Shown piece by piece: positions 9,738-17,262 of a stretch of DNA of 45,501 nt. A model generated the notes under the pieces. The model ran no database searches. It saw only the letters and a list, made by a program, of their open reading frames with translations, and was not told the DNA's origin. The stretch's first letter is position 1; each line of letters opens with the position of its first letter. Made by a program: the position numbers and the translations under genes. This DNA is from an uncultured Lachnospiraceae bacterium (GTDB taxonomy: Bacteria > Bacillota > Clostridia > Lachnospirales > Lachnospiraceae): NCBI GenBank assembly GCA_905236025.1, contig CAJOOB010000051.1, forward strand, positions 1 to 45,501. The letters are read 5' to 3'.

Positions 9738-12419
9738 ATGGCATTATCACCAATGATGCAGATATATCTTGAAACAAAAGAACAGTATAAAGACTGTATT
9801 TTGTTTTACAGACTGGGCGATTTCTATGAGATGTTCTTTGATGATGCAATTACAGTATCAAAGGAACTTGAGCTTACACTTACGGGAAAAGATTGTGGGT
9901 TGGAAGAAAGGGCGCCAATGTGCGGCGTCCCGTTTCATGCTGCAGAAATTTACATAAATAAACTTGTTTCAAGAGGTTACAAGGTGGCCATCGGCGAGCA
10001 GGTCGAAGATCCGAAGCTTGCAAAGGGGCTTGTAAAAAGAGAGGTTATCAGAGTTGTTACTCCCGGTACTAATTTTGATCCAAACGCCTTAGAAGAAGGG
10101 AAAAATAATTACATTATGTGTGTTAATTATGTTTCTGACAAGTTTGGGATTTCAGTTTCCGATATTTCAACCGGTGAATTTTATTTGACGGAAGTAAAGA
10201 ACGTACGCGAACTTGAAGATGAAATAAACAGATTTTTGCCAAAAGAACTTATTTGTAATGATGCCTTTTATATGTGCGGAGCAAATGTTTCAGACTTAAA
10301 AAACAGACTGGGCATTATGGTTTATTCTCCGGATGATTCATATTTTGATGAAAAGAATGCAAAGGAAACGATTTTAAATCATTTTCACGTATCAAATCTT
10401 CAGGGACTTGGCCTTGCGGATAATAAAATTGCCATGATCAGTGCGGGGGCGCTTCTTTCATATCTTTTTGAAACACAAAAGAGTGCTCTTTCAAATATCA
10501 CAAGACTTACACCTTATCAGACGGGTAAGTACATGATTATTGATACGGCAACAAGAAGAAATTTAGAGCTTTGTGAGACTTTAAGAGAAAAGCAAAAGAA
10601 AGGCTCGCTTCTTTGGGTACTTGATAAGACAAAGACCGCAATGGGGGCAAGACTCCTTAGAAATTACATTGAACAGCCTTTGATAGACAAGGATGAGATT
10701 ATAAAAAGACAGGAATGTATTGCTGTTTTAAATGATAATCTTATGAGCAGAGATGAATTAAGAGAGTATTTAAATCCGATTTACGACCTTGAAAGACTTA
10801 TAAGCCGTATATCATATAATTCCGCAAATCCAAGGGATTTGGTTGCCTTTAAAAATTCAGTTGCAATGCTTCCTCACATTAAGAGGGTGTTGCATGAGTT
10901 TTCTGATTGTAAGGATCTTATGGAAATCTGTGACGAAATTGATGATTTAGAGGACGTATACAAAATTATAAATGATGCAATTGTAGATGAACCGCCAATT
11001 GCCATTAAAGACGGCGGCATTATTAAGTCAGGCTTTAACGAAGAAATTGACAGATTAAGAAAAGCAAAGACGGAAAGTAAAGACTGGCTTGCCGAACTTG
11101 AAGAAGAAGAAAGAAAAAGAACCGGCGTAAAAACGCTTAAGATTAAGTATAATAAGGTCTTTGGGTACTGTATTGAAATTTCAAATTCATATAAGAATAA
11201 CTTTACGGTTCCTGAGGATTATACAAGAAAACAGACGCTTGTTAATGCAGAGCGCTACATTACGCCAAAACTTAAGGAACTTGAAGAGACGGTTCTTGGT
11301 GCCGAAGATAAGCTTTTCTCATTAGAATATAATATTTTTACGGATGTAAGAGAGCAGATTTCAAATCAGATTATAAGGATTCAGGATACCGCAAAAGCTG
11401 TTGCAAAAATTGATGTTTTTGCATCTTTGGCTTATGCGGCTGAAAAAAATGATTTTGTAAGACCAAACATTAATGACGAAGGTATTATTGATATTAAGGG
11501 CGGAAGGCATCCGGTAGTTGAAAAGATGCTTGAAGACGGCCTTTTTATTGATAATGATACGTACTTAAATAATGAAAATGACAGAATTGCCATTATTACA
11601 GGCCCGAATATGGCCGGTAAATCCACGTATATGAGACAGGTTGCTCTTATTGTACTTATGGCTCAGATTGGCTCTTTTGTACCTGCTTCATATGCGAATA
11701 TTTCCGTTTGTGACAGGATTTTTACAAGAGTCGGTGCATCTGATGATCTGGCTTCCGGTCAGTCAACGTTTATGGTTGAAATGACGGAAGTTGCTAATAT
11801 TTTAAGAAATGCAACCAAAAACAGTCTTCTTATTTTGGACGAAATCGGACGCGGTACTTCAACCTTTGACGGAATGAGTATTGCGTGGGCGGTGGTTGAG
11901 TATATCAGCAATTTGAATCTTTGCGGTGCAAAGACCCTTTTTGCAACGCATTATCACGAACTTACGGAACTTGAAGGAACCATTGAAGGCCTCCATAATT
12001 ACTGTATTGCCGTTAAAGAACAAGGTGATGATATTGTCTTTTTAAGAAAGATAATAAGCGGCGGCGCGGATAAGAGTTACGGCGTACAAGTTGCAAAGAT
12101 TGCCGGTGTTCCGGACCTTGTTATTAACAGAGCAAAAGAACTCATTGCAGAACTTGAAAAGAGTGATATTTCCGCAAAAACCAAGCAGATTGCCCTTGAA
12201 CAGTCAGGAATTAATGTTTCGATTGATTCTTTAAAAGAAGCGGAAAATTACGATCCGACAAGTGATGTTAGAAATACACAGATGTCGTTTTTGGAAACGA
12301 CTAACGATAATGATGTAATGAGAGAGTTAAAGACTCTCGATTTGTCCGACATTACACCGATTCAGGCACTCAATACTTTGTATAGGTTACAAAATGAATT
12401 AAACAATAAATACATTTAA
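9738..12419 (+). CDS. mutS: DNA mismatch repair protein MutS
   Basis: Motifs FYRLGDFYEMF, TGPNMAGKSTYMRQ, STFMVEM, LDEIGRGTST and FATHYHEL. Confidence 0.98.
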   Translation: MALSPMMQIYLETKEQYKDCILFYRLGDFYEMFFDDAITVSKELELTLTGKDCGLEERAPMCGVPFHAAEIYINKLVSRGYKVAIGEQVEDPKLAKGLVKREVIRVVTPGTNFDPNALEEGKNNYIMCVNYVSDKFGISVSDISTGEFYLTEVKNVRELEDEINRFLPKELICNDAFYMCGANVSDLKNRLGIMVYSPDDSYFDEKNAKETILNHFHVSNLQGLGLADNKIAMISAGALLSYLFETQKSALSNITRLTPYQTGKYMIIDTATRRNLELCETLREKQKKGSLLWVLDKTKTAMGARLLRNYIEQPLIDKDEIIKRQECIAVLNDNLMSRDELREYLNPIYDLERLISRISYNSANPRDLVAFKNSVAMLPHIKRVLHEFSDCKDLMEICDEIDDLEDVYKIINDAIVDEPPIAIKDGGIIKSGFNEEIDRLRKAKTESKDWLAELEEEERKRTGVKTLKIKYNKVFGYCIEISNSYKNNFTVPEDYTRKQTLVNAERYITPKLKELEETVLGAEDKLFSLEYNIFTDVREQISNQIIRIQDTAKAVAKIDVFASLAYAAEKNDFVRPNINDEGIIDIKGGRHPVVEKMLEDGLFIDNDTYLNNENDRIAIITGPNMAGKSTYMRQVALIVLMAQIGSFVPASYANISVCDRIFTRVGASDDLASGQSTFMVEMTEVANILRNATKNSLLILDEIGRGTSTFDGMSIAWAVVEYISNLNLCGAKTLFATHYHELTELEGTIEGLHNYCIAVKEQGDDIVFLRKIISGGADKSYGVQVAKIAGVPDLVINRAKELIAELEKSDISAKTKQIALEQSGINVSIDSLKEAENYDPTSDVRNTQMSFLETTNDNDVMRELKTLDLSDITPIQALNTLYRLQNELNNKYI

Positions 12420-12442
12420 GGTATTTAGGAAAAGAGGACATT

Positions 12443-14359
12443 TTGATAAATATTCTTGATGATGAAACAATTAATCAGATAGCAGCCGGTGAAGTTGTTG
12501 ACAGACCGTCTTCAATTGTAAAAGAACTTATGGAAAATTCGATTGATGCAGGTGCAACATCCGTTACTGTTGATATTAAAGACGGTGGGTTGTCAATGAT
12601 TCGCATTACCGATAACGGACGCGGTATATTAAAAGACGACATAAGGCTTGCTTTTTTACGTCATGCAACAAGTAAAATTGCAGACGCAAAAGATATTCTT
12701 ACCGTTTCGTCATTGGGGTTCAGAGGTGAGGCGCTTGCTTCGATTGCCGCGGTTTCAAAAGTTGAACTTCTTACTAAGGTAAGCGATTCTTTGATGGGCT
12801 CAAGATACTTAATTGAAGGCGGTAATGAGGTTTGCTTTGAAGATGCGGGAGTACCTGACGGTACAACGATTATTGTAAAGGATCTGTTTTTTAATACTCC
12901 GGCACGAAGAAAGTTTATGAAGTCGCAAACCACAGAAGCCGGATACATCAGTGATATATGTGAAAAGATTGCTCTTTCTCATCCGGGTATTTCTATCAGA
13001 CTTATTGTAAACGGTACAAATAAATTACACACGGTAGGTAACGGAAAGATTAAAGATACAATTTATCGTGTTTTTGGTAAGGATATTACCAACAATTTAA
13101 GAGAAATTAATTTTGTAAGCGAACTTGTTTCGGTAAAAGGATTTGTGGGACTTCCGGGTATTTCAAGAGGTAACAGAAATTACGAAATATATTTTGTAAA
13201 CGGCAGATATATTAAGAATAATGCTGTTTGTGATGCAATTGAAGAAGGTTATGAAGGCTTTCTTATGATGCATAAATTTCCGTTTGTGGTTTTATACATT
13301 GAAGTAGAACCTGAGCTTGTGGATGTTAACGTGCATCCTTCAAAGATGGAAATGAGATTTAAAGACGGAGAGCATATTTATCCGTTACTTGTATCTTCTG
13401 TAAAAGAAGGTATTATGCAAAAGGATTTAATTGTAAAATCAAGTACAGACAAACTTACCGAAAAAGCAATAAAACCGATTACGGATTATAAAATTCCCGA
13501 AGTTTTTGAAACAAAAAGAACAATTGAAACAGTTAATGAAACCGCAAATTACGGTGAAAAGGATGTTGAGTCGGAATTTGACCTTGTATTGAATGCTGAT
13601 GAAGAAATTGCCGTTAAGGAAAGTGTAACAGAAGATAATATAACGGAAGAAGACGTTACAGAAGATATTACTGTTGAAGAAGATTTTGCAGGAGGAAATA
13701 CTTTTGAATCGGTGCCTGTAAAGAAAGCGAAACAGGAAACTTTGTTTAAGGGTGAATTTCTTTCCGAAAAAGCAAAGCGTTACTATAAGGTGATTGGTCA
13801 GGCTTTCGCAACATACTGGATTATTGAGTATGAAGATAATTTGTATATCATGGATCAGCATGCGGCTCACGAAAAGATTAATTATGAGCATTTTATGCAA
13901 AGATATAATGAGCATAATATTACCAAGCAGTTAATCACACCGCCCATTGTTATTTCGCTTTCAGCAACAAAGGAAGATGCTTTAAATAAGCATATGGATG
14001 AAATCCTTGATTTGGGATATGAAATTGAAAATTATGGAAATAATGATTATATTATAAGGGCTGTTCCGTATGATATTCCGAAAGATGTAGACAGAAAAGC
14101 TTTGCTGATTGATATTTTTGATTCGATTGAAGAATATTCGGATAAACTTGATGTTTCGGCATTTGCGGCAAAGGTTGCCTCAATGTCTTGTAAGGCTGCA
14201 ATTAAGGGAAATCAGGTTGTGGATGAAAAAGAAGTGATTCATATAATGGATGAATTAATGGATTTGGATAATCCGTTTAACTGTCCGCATGGCCGCCCGA
14301 CACTCATTTCCATAAGTAAACAGGAAATGGACAGAAAGTTTAAGAGAATTGTAAATTAG
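12443..14359 (+). CDS. mutL: DNA mismatch repair endonuclease MutL
   Basis: NQIAAGEVV, KELMENSIDAG, GFRGEALAS and DVNVHP. Endonuclease motifs DQHAAHEKINYE, SCK and CPHGRP. TTG start. Confidence 0.98.
   Translation: MINILDDETINQIAAGEVVDRPSSIVKELMENSIDAGATSVTVDIKDGGLSMIRITDNGRGILKDDIRLAFLRHATSKIADAKDILTVSSLGFRGEALASIAAVSKVELLTKVSDSLMGSRYLIEGGNEVCFEDAGVPDGTTIIVKDLFFNTPARRKFMKSQTTEAGYISDICEKIALSHPGISIRLIVNGTNKLHTVGNGKIKDTIYRVFGKDITNNLREINFVSELVSVKGFVGLPGISRGNRNYEIYFVNGRYIKNNAVCDAIEEGYEGFLMMHKFPFVVLYIEVEPELVDVNVHPSKMEMRFKDGEHIYPLLVSSVKEGIMQKDLIVKSSTDKLTEKAIKPITDYKIPEVFETKRTIETVNETANYGEKDVESEFDLVLNADEEIAVKESVTEDNITEEDVTEDITVEEDFAGGNTFESVPVKKAKQETLFKGEFLSEKAKRYYKVIGQAFATYWIIEYEDNLYIMDQHAAHEKINYEHFMQRYNEHNITKQLITPPIVISLSATKEDALNKHMDEILDLGYEIENYGNNDYIIRAVPYDIPKDVDRKALLIDIFDSIEEYSDKLDVSAFAAKVASMSCKAAIKGNQVVDEKEVIHIMDELMDLDNPFNCPHGRPTLISISKQEMDRKFKRIVN
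13625..13684 (+). repeat. Imperfect acidic peptide repeat in the MutL linker
   Basis: Encodes VTEDN-ITEED-VTED-ITVEED; ACAGAAGATA occurs twice. Confidence 0.55.
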
Positions 14360-14373
14360 AAAAGATGTAAGGT

Positions 14374-15375
14374 ATGGATATTAAAGATTGTGTAAAAAAA
14401 CCTCTTGTTGTTTTAACCGGCCCAACAGCCGTTGGGAAAACCGATATTTCAATAAAGGTTGCAAAAAACATTAATAAGCCAAACGGAGCTGAGATTATAA
14501 GTGCTGATTCAATCCAGGTTTATAAGTATATGGATATTGGCTCCGGTAAGATTACAAATGAGGAGATGCAGGGTGTTAAGCATCATCTTATCAGTACACT
14601 TGATCCTTCTTTTGAATTTAATATCTATACTTTTAAAAATATGGCAAAAAAGGCAACAGAGGATATCTATTCTGTAAATAAAATCCCGATTATTGCCGGC
14701 GGTACAGGGTTTTACATTCAGTCATTACTTTATGATGTTGAATTTTCTGAAGAAGAAAATGATCATGCGTACAGAAAAGAGTTAGAAGAACTTGCAAAAG
14801 ACAAGGGATGCGATTATTTGTATGAAATGTTACTTAAAGTTGATCCGGATGCTGCAGCTATCGTCCATAAAAACAATGTTAAGAGGGTTATCAGAGCTTT
14901 AGAGTTTTATAAAGAAACCGGAAATAAGATTTCTGTACATAATGAAGAGCAGAAAATGAAGGAATCTCCGTATGAATTTAAATATTACGTAATTAATATG
15001 GAACGCGAAAAACTTTATAAAAGGATTGAATTAAGAGTTGATAAGATGCTTGAAGCTGGCCTTGTAAACGAGGTAAAGGGGCTCTTGGACAAAGGGTATT
15101 CTAAGGACCTTGTTTCGATGCAGGGACTTGGATATAAGGAGATTGTTTCATATCTTTTGGGAGAGATTTCTCTGGATGAAGCAGTTTATATTATTAAGAG
15201 AGACACAAGACATTTCGCAAAGAGACAGCTTACCTGGTTTAAGAGAGAAAAGGATGTAACAATGATTAATTATGAGGACTTTTCGTTTAGTCAGGATGAG
15301 ATTGCAAATTATCTTATAAATGATATTGATAAAATGATTGATAAGTGTAAGGGTAACGATGGAGGAAATTTGTAA
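14374..15375 (+). CDS. miaA: tRNA dimethylallyltransferase MiaA
   Basis: Motifs GPTAVGKT, ISADSIQVYKYMDIGSGK, GGTGFY, GLGYKE and TRHFAKRQLTWF. Confidence 0.97.
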   Translation: MDIKDCVKKPLVVLTGPTAVGKTDISIKVAKNINKPNGAEIISADSIQVYKYMDIGSGKITNEEMQGVKHHLISTLDPSFEFNIYTFKNMAKKATEDIYSVNKIPIIAGGTGFYIQSLLYDVEFSEEENDHAYRKELEELAKDKGCDYLYEMLLKVDPDAAAIVHKNNVKRVIRALEFYKETGNKISVHNEEQKMKESPYEFKYYVINMEREKLYKRIELRVDKMLEAGLVNEVKGLLDKGYSKDLVSMQGLGYKEIVSYLLGEISLDEAVYIIKRDTRHFAKRQLTWFKREKDVTMINYEDFSFSQDEIANYLINDIDKMIDKCKGNDGGNL

Positions 15376-16655
15376 TGGATAACTATTCTGTTTACAGTGA
15401 GTTCGGTATTTCAAAAGAGGTGTATGAATGTGGCATAAAGTCGCTTGAATCTTTGAAGCCTGTTTTTGAAAAGATTGATGAAAATGCGGAAATTAATCAG
15501 TTGAAAGTTTTAAAAGCTATGCAGGATGCAAAAGTTTCTGCCGGTTGTTTTGAAAGTTCAACCGGATACGGATATGATGATGAGGGAAGAGAAAAGTTAG
15601 AGGCTGTTTACAGTAAGGTTTTTCATACGGAAGATGCTTTGGTTCGTGCGCAGATTATGTGCGGAACACATGCGCTTTCTCTTGCGCTTTCTTCAAATTT
15701 AAGACCGGGAGACGAGCTTTTATCAATATCCGGGAAGCCGTATGATACTTTGGAGGAAGTTATTGGGATTCGTCCTTCTAAGGGGTCTCTTGCCGAATAT
15801 AACATTACTTATAAGCAGGTTGATTTAAAAGACGGATTGGATTTTGATCATGAAGCAATTAAAAATGCCATTTCCGATAAAACTAAGCTTGTTGCAATTC
15901 AGCGTTCAAAAGGTTATATGACAAGAAAAACTTTGTCGGTTAAGCAAATTGCAGAGGCTATTAAAACGGTAAAAAGTGTAAGGAAAGATATCATTGTAAT
16001 GGTTGACAACTGTTACGGTGAATTTGTTGAAACTATGGAACCGTCTGATTTTGGTGCTGATATGGTTGTGGGTTCTTTAATTAAAAATCCGGGAGGCGGT
16101 CTTGCACCAAGCGGCGGATATATTGCCGGTACAAAAGAATGTATTGAAAATGCTGCATACAGACTTTCGACCCCGGGACTTGGAAAGGAAGTGGGGGCTT
16201 CAATGGGGATTAACAGAAGTTTGTATCAGGGGCTTTTTATGGCACCGGTTGTTACTGCGAGTGCTCTAAAGACTGCAATTTTTGCTGCTAAAATATATGA
16301 AAGTCTTGGATATAAGTGTGTACCTTGCGCTGACGAATCAAGACACGATATTATTCAGGCGATTGAATTTGGAAGCGAGGACGCGGTTATTGCTTTTTGC
16401 GAAGGAATTCAGTCGGCTTCTCCTGTTGACAGTTACGTTGCGCCAACACCGTGGGAAATGCCGGGTTATGATGCACAGGTAATAATGGCTGCCGGCGCCT
16501 TTATTCAAGGTTCTTCAATAGAGCTTTCTGCCGATGGCCCGATTAAACCTCCTTATGCGGTTTATTTTCAGGGAGGACTCACTTTTTGGCATGGTAAGAT
16601 TGGGATAATGAAGAGTCTTCAAAGAATGGTGGATAAAAAAATAATAAAATTGTAG
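15375..16655 (+). CDS. YnbB-like PLP-dependent enzyme (methionine gamma-lyase-like / aluminium resistance family)
   Basis: Motifs STGYGYDDEGRE, GTHAL, GKPYDTLEEVIG, VDNCYGEFVE, GSLIKNPGGG and IELSADGP. TAATG overlap with miaA. Confidence 0.9.
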   Translation: MDNYSVYSEFGISKEVYECGIKSLESLKPVFEKIDENAEINQLKVLKAMQDAKVSAGCFESSTGYGYDDEGREKLEAVYSKVFHTEDALVRAQIMCGTHALSLALSSNLRPGDELLSISGKPYDTLEEVIGIRPSKGSLAEYNITYKQVDLKDGLDFDHEAIKNAISDKTKLVAIQRSKGYMTRKTLSVKQIAEAIKTVKSVRKDIIVMVDNCYGEFVETMEPSDFGADMVVGSLIKNPGGGLAPSGGYIAGTKECIENAAYRLSTPGLGKEVGASMGINRSLYQGLFMAPVVTASALKTAIFAAKIYESLGYKCVPCADESRHDIIQAIEFGSEDAVIAFCEGIQSASPVDSYVAPTPWEMPGYDAQVIMAAGAFIQGSSIELSADGPIKPPYAVYFQGGLTFWHGKIGIMKSLQRMVDKKIIKL

Positions 16656-16674
16656 GTTTATGACAATTTTAATC

Positions 16675-16703
16675 TTGCAACGACCAAATATTTATGGTAT
16701 TAT
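16675..16703 (+). promoter_or_regulatory. sigmaA-type promoter for tRNA-Leu
   Basis: TTGCAA (16675-80), 17-bp spacer, TATTAT (16698-703), with a TG extended -10. Confidence 0.7.
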
Positions 16704-16720
16704 TCATTCGTTGCGTATGC

Positions 16721-16804
16721 GCCGGTGTGTTGGAATTGGCAGACGAGGTGGACTCAAAATCCATTGATGGCAACATCGTGCGGGTTCAAGTCCCGCCACC
16801 GGCA
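16721..16804 (+). tRNA. tRNA-Leu, anticodon CAA
   Basis: Acceptor stem GCCGGTG/CACCGGC with discriminator A. Anticodon arm GTGGA-CTCAAAA-TCCAT, long variable arm GATG-GCAA-CATC, T arm GCGGG-TTCAAGT-CCCGC. CCA is not encoded. Confidence 0.97.
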
Positions 16805-16812
16805 TTATATTT

Positions 16813-16845
16813 AAAAGCAAGTCTTAGGACTTGCTTTTCTTTTAT
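16813..16845 (+). terminator. Rho-independent terminator (potentially bidirectional)
   Basis: Perfect 11-bp inverted repeat AAAAGCAAGTC-TTAG-GACTTGCTTTT followed by a T-rich tract. Confidence 0.9.
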
Positions 16846-16849
16846 TTTA

Positions 16850-16878
16850 TTTACTTTAATCGTTTAAAATGGTAAAAT
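16850..16878 (+). promoter_or_regulatory. Putative extended -10 sigmaA promoter for the zinc-finger gene/polA cluster
   Basis: TTTACT (16850-55), 17-bp spacer, TAAAAT (16873-78) preceded by TGG. Confidence 0.55.
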
Positions 16879-16884
16879 AATTAC

Positions 16885-17238
16885 ATGAAAAAAATTAAGA
16901 AAAAGAGCGGACCAATGGAGTGCAGTGAGTTTGTTTCTTTGATAAATTCCTTTAATCACGGGACGCTTGATGAATATAATTTAAAAAGATTTCTGATACA
17001 TCTTGATAAGTGCAAATCATGTCGTGAAGAGCTTGAGATAATGTATCTTGTAGATAAAACAATGACAGATGAGCTAAAGACTTATGATTTGGAAAAAGCA
17101 CTCAGTGCGGATATTGAGAACGCAAAAGATATGATTTATGTGAGGGAAAGAAACAGGCTCTATATTGATTTAACCTGGATGATTTCCGGATTCTTTGCCG
17201 CATCCGTTGCTATTTATATGTTTTTTCTTGTTTTTTAA
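16885..17238 (+). CDS. zf-HC2 (anti-sigma-like zinc finger) protein with a C-terminal TM helix
   Basis: MEC...HLDKCKSC matches the C...HxxxCxxC ZAS motif; hydrophobic C-terminus. Alternative start at 16915. Confidence 0.8.
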   Translation: MKKIKKKSGPMECSEFVSLINSFNHGTLDEYNLKRFLIHLDKCKSCREELEIMYLVDKTMTDELKTYDLEKALSADIENAKDMIYVRERNRLYIDLTWMISGFFAASVAIYMFFLVF

Positions 17239-17262
17239 TTATTGTCTTACCTGGAGTTTGAA

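Noticed and set aside
16721..16884. tRNA-Leu as the integration site of an island
   Set aside because: It is followed directly by its terminator and core genes; I saw no integrase or duplicated tRNA 3' end.
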